From Carpediemonas membranifera BICM (Eukaryota > Protista > Fornicata): 64,000 bases of DNA. A program made the translations under genes and the position numbers. Shown here in pieces: positions 9,463 to 20,700 of this stretch (the stretch's first letter is position 1; every line of letters begins with the position of its first letter). The stretch covers positions 63,223 to 127,222 of the forward strand of contig JAHDYR010000015.1 in NCBI GenBank assembly GCA_019828565.1, read 5' to 3'. Under the pieces are notes generated by a model. That model was given only the letters and a program-made list of their open reading frames with translations. It was not told where the DNA came from and did not search any database.

Positions 9463-10536
9463 ATGGAGAGGCTTGGAGAAGTGTGGGACGAGATTTTAGT
9501 CCTGTCATTGTCTCTCCCCGTACGAATGGCCACAACAGCCATGGCGCTCTTCATCATGTTCGGGATGTTCTTTCCCACAATCATCTTCCTAGTATGGAAG
9601 CGTAGGACGGCCGTGGCGCTGTATAAGGCCGTCAGCTTAGAAATACTTAGCATATTGGGGTTTACTTCCATCCTGATTACCCAACAGGTATACCTTTATA
9701 GTTTCGCGGCCAAGTCTGATGGTTCGCTCCTCGTGGATGTCTATCTAGCGCTTCAGTTCGGCTTCACGCAGACCACCTTCTATGTCACGGGCTACGCGCT
9801 TTCCCTAGTCCCCATCATTGTCCGCATGTGGCGTGTCTGGTGCCTATACCGAAAAACGCTCGAGTTCTCCCTCGAACGCAGCATCATTCCCCTCTCAATC
9901 CGCCGCGTCTCCCCCTTCCAGCACAAGGTGCGGGCTTCCTGGTGGATGCTCCGCCGCGTCTTGGTTCTGATGATTCCAACGATTGCTCTTGCCCCCTTCT
10001 CAGTCATCCCAGTTCCCTGGGTTGTTACGACAGTCGACATGCTGTGGACATTATACGACATGCTCGTCCTCATTGCCCTGCTCCTCATGCTCATCCTCCT
10101 CATATTTACCAGTCGCCGCATCCAGGTCCACGACTTGCTCGAGACTCGCACCTTGATTCTCCTTGCCATTGCTTGCATCGGCTACAACATTGCCGACAAC
10201 ATCATGTGGTGGGGCGTCCTCCGCTTCCATCCCGAGCTCCTCGCCTTCCATGTCTGGAGCACGATGACGTTCAACACTCTTGTCTTCCTCCTCCTGACCA
10301 CGCCGACAGTATTCGCTATCCTGCGGGGCCCGAGACACCCAGGCATCAGACGGAAGAAGAACACCCAGTACCCAGTCGAGGAGGATGACTCAGACGACTC
10401 TGGGACTATTACACCGACTGCGATGAGGAGTCTGACCCGCGGTGTGGACGGCAGGGTCGGGCCGAACCATCTGGACATGTCCTTTGGTGTGGCTGGGGAT
10501 TCAGCCATTTGTGACTCGGGGCTGGATCAAGTGTGA
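9463..10536 (+). CDS. Seven-TM membrane protein, possibly GPCR-like
   Basis: About 7 hydrophobic segments; IVRMWRVWCLY resembles the KxWRV motif of class-C-like/7TM-RGS receptors; polar C-terminal tail. Confidence 0.55.
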   Translation: MERLGEVWDEILVLSLSLPVRMATTAMALFIMFGMFFPTIIFLVWKRRTAVALYKAVSLEILSILGFTSILITQQVYLYSFAAKSDGSLLVDVYLALQFGFTQTTFYVTGYALSLVPIIVRMWRVWCLYRKTLEFSLERSIIPLSIRRVSPFQHKVRASWWMLRRVLVLMIPTIALAPFSVIPVPWVVTTVDMLWTLYDMLVLIALLLMLILLIFTSRRIQVHDLLETRTLILLAIACIGYNIADNIMWWGVLRFHPELLAFHVWSTMTFNTLVFLLLTTPTVFAILRGPRHPGIRRKKNTQYPVEEDDSDDSGTITPTAMRSLTRGVDGRVGPNHLDMSFGVAGDSAICDSGLDQV

Positions 10537-10803
10537 AGGCGGTATGGGCGTGCTTTGTGAGGCTCGCTGACTCATGCCGTGTTTGTACAATACATATAAA
10601 GTAGAGGCTTAGCGAGAGAGAGGGGTCCTCACCTTGTTCACCATCGAGGTCTGGGCTGATCTGACCTGCAGCTGCGGCAGCCGAATATTTGGCGGCCCAA
10701 TCGCAGGATCGCATGCGTATCGGGGGGAGTCGCGCGGAGTCATCAGCGCTTAGGAGCCCCGAAACGGATCCAGTTTTCTTCCGCAGGCGATTTTGTCGAT
10801 AAA

Positions 10804-12132
10804 ATGCACCCTCTGCTTGCAGGCATCATGCGAAACAACGTAACTGACGCACAGTCTCTCTTGTGCGACATTCAAGACTACTATACCGACGGGGATAACG
10901 GCCTTGTTTCTATGTCGAAGCTTCTTCGCATGAAGAACATCAACAAGCCTGACAACCGCATCCACGTGCTTCTCCTGGGCGACAGTTCATCGGGAAAGAG
11001 CAGCTTCGTCAATTTTTATTGCTCAGACCCCGATAGTGCGACTCCATACGAGCATATCCTCGAAACGGGCGTCAGAAGCACAACGCAGACGCTTACATTC
11101 GTCGAGAAGGCTGAGAAGCGGGGCACTTTGGACGCAGATTCAAGTATGCAGCACTCGCAGACAGCGCGCGATCTTGTTAATGCTGTCGGCGACCCCCGTC
11201 TGCGCCGCTACGTTGTCACGGAGCTCGTTCCGTCCAACGCCCGTTGCTTCGACAATATAATCTTCGCAGACACACCTGGCATGCTCCTAAGCAACGCAGA
11301 GCAGCCATTCGACGTCCACCGCACGCTACACTGGCTAGCCGACGAGTGGTCCGACCTCATCCTCTGCTTCCTGTCCTTCGACGCCAACAGCCACACACTA
11401 GACCTCGTTGGTGAGCTGTGCAGCACCCCAGCCGGCCAGAGCAAGACCCACTTCCTGCTCAACCGGGTCGACCAGGTCCACGACGACTATGACCACATCA
11501 GCCTAGTTGTGCAGACCACGCAGAATCTGGCCAAGGTCCTACCGCACAGATTCAACATCCTCACTACATTTGTCCCACAGCTGGCTACTAAGCCGCGGAC
11601 TCACAACTCGATGCCCCTCGTGGAGCGCATCGTCTCGGACACTGTGTCGATCCACGCCCAGCGGTGTTTGCGGAGGTTTGAGAAAGACATCGATAAGCTG
11701 AACGGCGCGGTGGATGTGGCGCTCGACTGGCACAGCCTGAGCACGATTCGCAGATCCAAGATGCGTGTTCTGTATCTATTATTCACATCCACGATCTTGG
11801 GAGTTTTGATTGTTTCAGGCCTTCTACTCGGGTCGAACCGATACCCTGGCCTCCCAACCTACCTCACGAAGACCCTGGGCGTTGTCATCGGCTTCCCCCC
11901 CGTCCGTGTGTGGGGTTCCCTCGCTTCCATCGCAACAGTCGCTCTGGCCGGGTTGATCGGGTCATATCTACTCACCCCCAAGGTTTCTAAGCACCGCGCT
12001 AGTGTATTGGAGGAGGCTGGGGCACAGCTTGACGAGCTGGCAGCCATTGCGGCGGAGATGAGGCACCAGTTCGTCACCGACAAGAAGCGGAGGGAAGCTG
12101 AGGCCCTGCTGGACAGTAGCGAGGGGATATAG
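10804..12132 (+). CDS. Dynamin-superfamily (EHD-like) P-loop NTPase with two C-terminal TM helices
   Basis: G1 GDSSSGKS, G3 DTPG, G4 LNRVD; hydrophobic hairpin near the C-terminus. Confidence 0.75.
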   Translation: MHPLLAGIMRNNVTDAQSLLCDIQDYYTDGDNGLVSMSKLLRMKNINKPDNRIHVLLLGDSSSGKSSFVNFYCSDPDSATPYEHILETGVRSTTQTLTFVEKAEKRGTLDADSSMQHSQTARDLVNAVGDPRLRRYVVTELVPSNARCFDNIIFADTPGMLLSNAEQPFDVHRTLHWLADEWSDLILCFLSFDANSHTLDLVGELCSTPAGQSKTHFLLNRVDQVHDDYDHISLVVQTTQNLAKVLPHRFNILTTFVPQLATKPRTHNSMPLVERIVSDTVSIHAQRCLRRFEKDIDKLNGAVDVALDWHSLSTIRRSKMRVLYLLFTSTILGVLIVSGLLLGSNRYPGLPTYLTKTLGVVIGFPPVRVWGSLASIATVALAGLIGSYLLTPKVSKHRASVLEEAGAQLDELAAIAAEMRHQFVTDKKRREAEALLDSSEGI

Positions 12133-12353
12133 GGGAGTAGTTTGCTGTATAAGTCACGTAAACATCCCCGTCTGCCATGGAGTAAACATGTGGGCCCATG
12201 CGACGATGGGGGTCAACTCATGAGAGACTCTCTGACTCCGCGTCTACAGAGAGCCGTCCCGGTGACGCTGAACAACTGTGCGGGCTGACACAACATGGCG
12301 TCAATGGAAGTCAAAGGATGTCACACGCTGGAAAAAAGCTAGAGCTTGAGCTG

Positions 12354-13167
12354 ATGCCCTTCCACATCAAGGCTAACCCCGAGGATATTGCCCCTATCGT
12401 CTTCCTTCCCGGTGATCCGGACAGAGCCAAGTACATCGCCGAGAACTTCTTCGAGGATGCTGTTTGTTGTTTTCACCTTTTTGTCATTTCTCCTCACACA
12501 GAAGTGCTACAACACTTACCGCCACCTCTACGGCTACACTGGTATGTACAAGGGCCACCGCGTCAGCATCCAGACCACTGGCATGGGCTGCCCCTCTGCT
12601 TCCATCGTCGTGAACGAGCTCATCCAGCTCGGCGCCAAGGTCCTCATCCGCATCGGCACCGCCGGTATCGTCTCCCGCGACGTCCTCCCCGGTGACCTCA
12701 TCATCGCCACCGGTTCCTGCCCCAACGAGGGCACCAGCACCCAGATGCTCCAGGGCGCCGCCTTCGCCCCCGTCGCCTCGTTCAACGTCGTCCAGGCCTG
12801 CAACGATGTTGCCGTGAAGAGCCCCTTCACCCGCACCAACATGGACGGCTCCACCGAGGAGGCTAAGGTCCACGTCGGCCTCATCCAGTCGGAGGACGCC
12901 TTCTACGCCACCAACAAGGGCCACGTCGCCGGCCTCGACAAGCTCGGCGTCCTTGCTGTTGAGATGGAGGCCTCCGCCCTCTTCCTCCTCGGCAACCTCC
13001 ACCGCGTCCAGAAGGGCTGCATCGTCGTTGCTTCCAACTATATCGAGGACGCCGCGGTCGTCCCCGACTTCCTGATGAAGCAGGCCGTAGACCACATGGC
13101 CACCGTGTCCCTCGACGCCGCCGTGCTCATCTACGAGCGCGGGCAAGACAAGCTTAAGACTTGCTAA
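12354..13167 (+). CDS. deoD: Purine nucleoside phosphorylase, DeoD type; intron 12462-12501
   Basis: [36 protein letters not shown]. The 40-nt GTTTGT...CTCACACAG intron restores the frame. Confidence 0.93.
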
Positions 13168-13346
13168 TCGTTTATAAAGCCGCGCGGGTCGACATGCCGC
13201 GCTAGATGTTGCCACGCGGGTAATTCCCGAGGATATGCATGGATTTTGTCTCATCCCGAGCCGGGCCCGATGCTGTCATCATTCGTCTCGACAGGATTCC
13301 CGCACTTTAACCCCTCAGACCGAGCAGTTTATCCATCTCGCCATCC

Positions 13347-14867
13347 ATGGGTCGCCATGGGAGAAATGATGGTAAGCGCCGCGACACACCATATCGGGAG
13401 AGAAATCGTCCCATTGTCAACCCGTGGAACTTCCTCCTTGATTGCAAGACACTGTGCCCCGCAGATTCACCAGTAGACTCGTCTGCTGAAGCCATTCAGT
13501 CCTCTATTGATGAAGTTGATCGCCTTATGCCCACAGTTGCCGAAGAAATCTGGCGTGCGGACATTGTTCTGAAGCTCCGCGACGAGTACGTCAAGATCTG
13601 CACGGACCAGCTCCACACCAGGCCCCGCAAGGAATCCTTCAACCGCTGGCTGTTCGAGATGGTTGCAGAGACCCCCAAGTCCTCTGCCGACCCTGTCCTG
13701 CGGTGCCCCGAGGTGCTAGTCTCCTCCTCTGTGCTCGAGACGGACCTATACGAGGCCTTCCCCATCCCCCTCACCACACTGTTCGACAACGTAGGACACC
13801 TGCGCCAGTTCGCTGCTGAGTACAAGAAGGCCGTGTCTGACTGGACTGACCATGGGAAGGCCTCGGAGGACGTGCCCGCTGCCCTCGCAGCAATGGACAA
13901 GACCCTCGAGCCGGACAGACCTGACGTCACAGCGTTCGTCGAGGCGTGTAAGACCGTCCGTGCTACCCTGAGACCCGTGTTTGACTCGGCCATGCGGTCG
14001 ATCCACTCGCACCTGATCCAGACGACCGAGGCGCAGCTCGGGACCAGGCCCCAGAGGCAGGAGGGCGACTCCACTGCTGCCGTGACTATTACTGAGGGGA
14101 GGGACGACTGTGCCGTCGACCACGGCAACAAGCGGCTCCACATTGGTAAGCTGCACCTCAGCAAGCTCAAGGAGCTGTACACGCGACACTGCACCGCCGA
14201 CGCGGACCTCGTCCACTTCAACAGAGCTGTGTTCGTCCTCCTACTCCGCTACAACACTTTCTTTGGTCCATCTCGGTTCCAGGGCCGTGCCTTCCACGCG
14301 GCCGCCCCCGAGGCCGTCTTCGAGCATCTGGTGACTGCCTTTGGTGTGGGCATGGAGCTCTTCGCTTCACCCACGAACTGCTACTTCTCCCACTACTGCT
14401 CCGCCTTCCCCGACATCGACGTCTTCTTCGGGTCCCGCGGGTCTGCCTTCGACCTTGTCATTACCAGCGGGTCGTACGAGGCCAACCCGCCCTTCACACT
14501 CGAGGTCATGGACCGCACGGCCGACCTCGTAAATGCCCAGCTCGAGCGGGCTGAGCAGGCCGGGGTGCCTCTGTCATTCGTGGTGTTCGTCCCGGTGTGG
14601 AAGGACCCGGACTTCCCGATCCCCCACTACCACCAGGCCCTGGAGACCAGCAAGTTCCTCAGGGCACAGAACGTCACCCCGGCAGGAGACTACGCGTTTA
14701 TCTCGGGCGGGCAGTTTGACTCAAGGTCGAGGTACTGGAGGTGCACCCACGCTACGGCGACATACGTGCTGCAGAACAAGCAAGGTAAGGTGTTTGGGGG
14801 GTCCGACGAGGATGTGCAGAATAAGGTCAAGGAAATCGATCAGATCCTCAGGAACCAGGTCCGGTAA
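13347..14867 (+). CDS. PCIF1: PCIF1/CAPAM-like cap-adjacent adenosine N6-methyltransferase
   Basis: ESFNRWL, LLRY, ELFASPTNCYF..YCSAFPDIDVFFGSRG, catalytic GSYEANPPF, LSFVVFVPVW. Confidence 0.88.
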   Translation: MGRHGRNDGKRRDTPYRERNRPIVNPWNFLLDCKTLCPADSPVDSSAEAIQSSIDEVDRLMPTVAEEIWRADIVLKLRDEYVKICTDQLHTRPRKESFNRWLFEMVAETPKSSADPVLRCPEVLVSSSVLETDLYEAFPIPLTTLFDNVGHLRQFAAEYKKAVSDWTDHGKASEDVPAALAAMDKTLEPDRPDVTAFVEACKTVRATLRPVFDSAMRSIHSHLIQTTEAQLGTRPQRQEGDSTAAVTITEGRDDCAVDHGNKRLHIGKLHLSKLKELYTRHCTADADLVHFNRAVFVLLLRYNTFFGPSRFQGRAFHAAAPEAVFEHLVTAFGVGMELFASPTNCYFSHYCSAFPDIDVFFGSRGSAFDLVITSGSYEANPPFTLEVMDRTADLVNAQLERAEQAGVPLSFVVFVPVWKDPDFPIPHYHQALETSKFLRAQNVTPAGDYAFISGGQFDSRSRYWRCTHATATYVLQNKQGKVFGGSDEDVQNKVKEIDQILRNQVR

Positions 14868-14950
14868 ATTACTGTAACAGGTCGACGCACGCGAGAAGGG
14901 CGGTTCCGCACTTTAAGGTTAGAAACGCCCTTTCTGAAATCCAACTCAGA

Positions 14951-16555
14951 ATGTCGCAGTCCACCGGGCGATTTCGCTTTGGACGATCCGCGAATAGCTC
15001 TGTGAACATCCTGCCGAGTAAGCGCTTCAACCTGATGAACAAACCGGTCGAAACGGACTTCCACATCGTAGAATCCTCCCAGTTTCAGATGCCCGGCGTC
15101 GTTGTCACCGCTTCCAAGCGTATTCGTGTCCCCCAAGAGCCCCGCAAGATTTTTATTAAGGGGGAGAAGACAGTGGCGAAGAAGGAGACACAACAAGGGG
15201 ATGCGACCGACGAAGTGCAGCAAGAGATCGCCTTTTCAGACGTTGTAGACGAGGATCACAACGATGCCTTCCAAAACTATCTCTCCGACGAGCTTGTGGG
15301 CCGCCTGGTCGAGGCTAGCCCGTTTAGACTCTTCGTCCTCGTGATCATCGTGCTCAACTCCATCCAGGCCGGTGTCCAAACCTCAACGATCATGGAGCAG
15401 CAGTTCGGCTCCATTCTTAGCGGCATGGACAACGTGTTCCTGACCATCTTTGTCATTGAGCTCTTGTTGAAGTGGTATGCGGGCTTCAGGGCATTCTGGA
15501 CATCATCATGGAACATCTTCGACTTCCTCGTCGTTGCCGCCAGTATAGCAGGCCAGGGCTTCACCTTCCTCGCATCCACCCGCGTAGTCCGGGTCCTCCG
15601 AGTGCTTCGTGCATTCCGGTCGCTCAGGTCGATCACGGCACTACAGGGGCTGCAGATCATCGTGCAGACCATCGTCAAGGCCATTCCCAGCATGATAAGC
15701 ATTGTACTACTGCTCTGTATCATCATGTTTATTTACTCTGTTACATGTGTCACGATATTCAGTGATTCGATGTCGTACTACTTCGGTGACATCGCGAAAG
15801 CGATGTACACGATGTTCATCTTCCTCACGCAGGATGGGTGGGCGGACGTCTTCATTGAGATGGAGGCCAACGGCTACTTCTACCTTGGTGCGCTCATCAG
15901 CATGACCTTTATTCCCCTCGGCGCGTTCATCTTCGTCAATCTCGTGACTGGTATCACCACAAACTATCTGCTACAGGCCTACAGAGACATCAAGGCGCAG
16001 AAGAGAGCCAAGAGCCGCAAGCTGAAGCAGCAGAAGCGGCGCATGGACGTTGAGGACATCCGCCTGGCCATCGCGGGGATGAAGAACCAGTATGCTGACG
16101 TGATGGAGTCGAATGACATACCGGCATCGATATACACACTGCAGAAAGCCATCGAGACGCCCATCCTGAGCGTTGGGCCGAGGTACGTCCAGAATTACCT
16201 CGCTATCTTGGGCGCCGTGGAGGATAATTTAAGAGAATTTAGGGAACTGAAGGATGAGCTGAAGAAATGCATGGAAGAGACGAAGGCAGTGAACGCCGAC
16301 ACCCGCTACAACTACGACAAGGACGTCGGCCAGTCCTCGAGCGACGAAAGCGAGAGCGACGAAGACATGACGGGCGACGCACTCAGCATGCTTCTCAGAG
16401 AGCGTGGCAAGCACATCAAGAACCAGCGGAAGCGGCGGGAGGCTTCTGAGAAGGCGTCCCTGGCCCGCAGGATGCACATGATCGAGGCGATCCAGGAGGA
16501 GCAGAGCAGGGGGGAGCGGACGCGGCTGTGGGCTGAGGGCAAGTTCCTCGTATAG
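14951..16555 (+). CDS. Single-repeat 6TM cation channel, CatSper4-like
   Basis: S4 RVVRVLRVLRAFRSLR, pore FIFLTQDGWADV, C-terminal NYLAILGAVEDNLREFRELKDEL resembling CATSPER4. Confidence 0.8.
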   Translation: MSQSTGRFRFGRSANSSVNILPSKRFNLMNKPVETDFHIVESSQFQMPGVVVTASKRIRVPQEPRKIFIKGEKTVAKKETQQGDATDEVQQEIAFSDVVDEDHNDAFQNYLSDELVGRLVEASPFRLFVLVIIVLNSIQAGVQTSTIMEQQFGSILSGMDNVFLTIFVIELLLKWYAGFRAFWTSSWNIFDFLVVAASIAGQGFTFLASTRVVRVLRVLRAFRSLRSITALQGLQIIVQTIVKAIPSMISIVLLLCIIMFIYSVTCVTIFSDSMSYYFGDIAKAMYTMFIFLTQDGWADVFIEMEANGYFYLGALISMTFIPLGAFIFVNLVTGITTNYLLQAYRDIKAQKRAKSRKLKQQKRRMDVEDIRLAIAGMKNQYADVMESNDIPASIYTLQKAIETPILSVGPRYVQNYLAILGAVEDNLREFRELKDELKKCMEETKAVNADTRYNYDKDVGQSSSDESESDEDMTGDALSMLLRERGKHIKNQRKRREASEKASLARRMHMIEAIQEEQSRGERTRLWAEGKFLV

Positions 16556-16985
16556 GGACCGTGGGACGGACTTCACATTGTCGCCGTGACTCCTGAGTCA
16601 ATAGGGCGAGCAGAGCAGTCATGCCGTGACCTTGCTCACAGACAGGCTGGTGGAGATCAGCGCGACGGAGATAGCTACGGAATAGACTCGTAAAGGGTTT
16701 GTTAACATGATTAGCATGCATGCCCAAGAATTGAGCCACAACCGGCTGCTGGATCATTCTTTGTGCCGTTTGAGACACCAGAGACACCTCATCTTGGAGT
16801 CGGTTGGATCCAGCCAGAACTTGGCAACGTCCCATCGGCCTGAGTCGGTCCATAACTACAACGCCATCGCACACCGGGACCACGCGTACTGCCTCGCCCA
16901 TGACATCCCCTCTCATGACTACTTGTTCACGCCTATGTCTCTGTCGCCACCAATCTCAACCTTTACGTGGGCAATCATAAACTGC

Positions 16986-17735
16986 ATGACGACAGAATTT
17001 GGGCCGCAAAGCCTCCAACAGCTCCAAAACCTGGCCAATGCTCTCCAACGCAGAGAGGCGATCCCAAATATGTCCGAATTTCCCGGGAAACTCAACTCCC
17101 TAACCCCAAAGGCTTTACGCGAGTACCTTCTCGACAGGGACGTATCTGACAAGACACCACAGGCGCTGAGAGATTGCTTTACACCACGTGTGCTCCTCAA
17201 GCTGCAGGATACTCACGCGATCCAGCTCAGAGACACAGAAGGCCGCCTCAAAACCTTCGACGAGATCCTACCCGATATCCGCGCCAAAGTCTTCCCGCCC
17301 GTGTCCGCCGCCGCCGCAACCATCCTGGCGCGCCCGTTTGCCGTCCAAGACACCTCTCTCCCGAATCAGTTTATCAACATCTTTAGTGGTGTTGGATACA
17401 CGAAGGAGGAGGAGGGCTGGCTCATACAGAAGGTGATCGAGAGGGTCACCCCCGATGCGGCACGCACTCAGCTAGCGTCTGAAGAGCTGGCCATCATAGC
17501 CGGTGGCTGGCGGGAGCTGGTCCGCCGCACCGCCGAGGAGGGCGAGAAGGTCCGCCAATACGGGCAGACCCAGTCCCAGCGGCAGAGGCGTGGAAGCGGG
17601 CGCGGAGTGGGCAGGGCCAGAGGTGGCCGGGGTGGAGGTCGAGGTGCAAGCCAGGGTCGGGGCAGGGGTGCCCGCACTGGCAGCTCCAAGACAAGTAAAT
17701 CCACTCAGGGCTATCTCCCCCCCATCGTTGTGTAG
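16986..17735 (+). CDS. Gag/capsid-like ORF1 with RGG-rich tail, upstream of a non-LTR RT
   Basis: Helical ORF that aligns by eye with the gypsy Gag at 4050-4720; RGSGRGVGRARGGRGGGRG tail. Confidence 0.55.
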   Translation: MTTEFGPQSLQQLQNLANALQRREAIPNMSEFPGKLNSLTPKALREYLLDRDVSDKTPQALRDCFTPRVLLKLQDTHAIQLRDTEGRLKTFDEILPDIRAKVFPPVSAAAATILARPFAVQDTSLPNQFINIFSGVGYTKEEEGWLIQKVIERVTPDAARTQLASEELAIIAGGWRELVRRTAEEGEKVRQYGQTQSQRQRRGSGRGVGRARGGRGGGRGASQGRGRGARTGSSKTSKSTQGYLPPIVV

Positions 17736-20700
17736 TTTAGAGCCTGATTTAGAGGCCCAGCCAGGAAACATCCCGAGGCTGTGGACCGTCATGGTCGCAT
17801 CCTGGGCGACGCTCGCACGAGCAGTCGCCCCTGGGACATCCCAACCGTCACCCCGTGCAGTGCACGCCTGCCACGGACCAGGTTGAGGTGACGGGGGACG
17901 GCGGAGTGTGGTCGCCCCCGGCAATGCCGGATGGACGCGGACCCGCCACCGAACCCCCCCGGCCACAGCCGAGGGATAGGGATGCGGGGCCAACAGGACG
18001 TCATGACCGACGAGCCGCCCACCTGGCCCCACTGACACTGACATACATCCTCTCCCCGGTGTCATGCGACGCGCCGCCTGCGTCAGCCCCAGAGCCACAC
18101 CGTCCGTCGGCTCCTCCGCGACCGCGCAGCAGCCGGCTGTCATCTGGAGTGAGAAGTATGTGGGCACGGGTCGGTCCCACCCCGCACCGCACACTCCGGG
18201 CCTCCCCAGCCACGTTGCCGATGGTGCAGCGACGCCGCTCATCCAGCCACAGCACCGCTGGCCGCTCAGTGAGCAGCACGGAGGAATACGTGCAGGAAGT
18301 CGGCTCAGACTGTGAGCCCGACTCCATCCAGTCTGCCCCGTCGGACCACCACGAGGACCCAACCTTCATCCTTGGCTCTGACGAAGACTACGAGTCCTTG
18401 TCGGGAGGCGGGGCAGAGGGGTCCAGCGATGACGAGCCCGACTTCACCTCCGCGACATGCCCCATACGCCTGCCGGGCGTACCAGACGCCGCGACCGGCA
18501 GGGACCTCCGACACCTGCTGGTGGCTGCGACGGCGGACCAGATTAGCAGATACTGCGGGAGCCAGGAGTTACCACGCATCTGCAGAGAATGCGGGATGGT
18601 CTTCCGCCATGGCGGCCACGCAATCTGGCGCCGGCACGTCAATGAGGATCAATGTGACGACAGCAGGCTCGCCAACCGCATCACAGCAGCGTCCATACAG
18701 CTTGAGATGGCGGCGAGGGCCGGACACCGAGCCCCACATATGGCCCAGACCCACCTGCCCCAGAGACCACGCGGCGTCGTCCCCCACAGCGAGCTCGCAC
18801 CAGCAGGCACAGCGCTGGCCGGGAGATCCCTGGGTAGAGCACGCATGCTCGGGAGCATGAACCTGTCTGCAGACAGCAGGGCAGTCATCACCTCGAAATT
18901 GAGTCAGCTCAGAGCGTTCATGGCGGGACACCCACAGGAGGGCGTCGACCGCGCGATGGAGACGGTCGCAGTGCTCATCAGGTGCCTGCCACACAGCGGG
19001 AAGTTCGCTGCGGTCGGCTTCCGAAATGCCATCAGACGGGTAATCCGCAACATCCCTGCCACCCCCCCGCACCGCCGCATCCCGGCAGAGGAGACAGGTT
19101 GAGAAGGCAGTGGACTCTTTCATGCTTGGACAGGTCGGAAAATCACGGAAGCTTCTGGCACCACGCCATGAGTCGGCATGGTCGGAGGACCAAATAGTGG
19201 CGGAGGTCCACAGGCTCTTCCCGGCAGACCGTGCTGATGAGATCGTACCCCTCCCACGCACAGCGGTGGCCCGAGCGGAGTCCCTGAAATGGGCCAGCCC
19301 ACCGCCCACACTACCGAGGGACCTGCCGACCCGAGAATGCGAGGAGATCATGACCGGCCTGGACGGCACCAAAGCGGCGGGACTGTCAGGATGGTCGAAC
19401 AAACACATCTTACAGCTCCTGGGCCGGCATCTCGCCACCGACACGACACGGAGGAACGCCCGACGTCTGAGGCCAGCCGACTCCAACAAATCGGTAGTCA
19501 GCGCGATGACTGAGATTGTCTCCCGCATCGTGAGGGGTGAGTCGTCCTGCAGACCGTTGACGCAGGCATACCTCTCGATGCTGCCAAAGCCGAACGGTAG
19601 CCTGAGGCCAATAGGGGTGAACGAACCGTTCTACGTGATCGCAGGCAAATACCTCGCTAAGCTTGCTCTCGGGCACCTGAAGCCAGACGACAGCGGGGAC
19701 GACCCGGCCGGGGCACTGCCAGACTGGCTGCCGGAACAATATGGCCTGGGCGGCCGGAGCGACGTGGAGAAACTGATCGACCGTGTTGACAAGGCATACC
19801 GGGCTGGGAAGTATATCGTCATAGCGGACTTCACGAACGCCTTCAACGAAGCGAACCGTCACACGATGAAGGCCATGGTTCATGAGTACGCGCCGGCCCT
19901 TACTGACTTTGTCGACCAGTTCTACGACGACCCGCGCCTCTACTACGAGACATATGGCGCGGCTGGCACGACCGCACGGTGGGTGGACGTCAAACGCGGG
20001 ACCATCCAGGGAGACGCTCTTGGCCCGCTGCTGTTCTCCTTTGTCATGCGCTGCATACTCGACGAGCTCACCGAGGCGGCTCCAAATGAGCGCTTTGCGT
20101 ACCTGGATGATGTCGCCAGTATCCACAGCACGGCTGGCGACGCCACGGCTGAGATCGCCACGCTCACGCGCATCGCGGCGAAGTATGGTCTCCGCCTGAA
20201 CATGGCGAAGACGGTGATCCTCGCCCACCCGGACGTACACGACGCAGGACACCCATTCGTACATGCGTGGGAATACCTCGGGGTGACCATCGGCCCGACC
20301 ACGAGCCGCGTTACAGCGGTGCAGGTTACGGCTGAGAAGGTTATTGACGAGCTCAGCCGGCTGTGTGGAATTATCGAGCAGTCGACGGGGCACGCGAAGA
20401 ACCAGGTGTCCTGGATGTGTCTGCACATCATCCGCAAATGCATCAGCGCGGACCTGAATTTCATGTTCAGGACGAACGCACCGAATGTAGCCATCGCTGA
20501 GAGGTTAGAAGCCAGCCTCATCGAGGTGGCGAGGGTCATAGCGAACTCCCCAGCCGGCTGGGAGAGCGCGAGGTTAGATGCACTGTGGCAGAAGCCGAGT
20601 GTTCAGGCACCCACTCGACCACTGGGTGGCAGCATACCTTGGCGCCAGGAGTGATCTCATACGCATGGGCGGCCCTGGATACACCCCTGTCTGCGACACA

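Noticed and set aside
16556-16985. Spliced-leader gene target or HDV-like ribozyme at the 5' end of the CRE-like element
   Set aside because: Only small hairpins were seen; no nested double pseudoknot, SL-like repeat or TSD could be established by eye.
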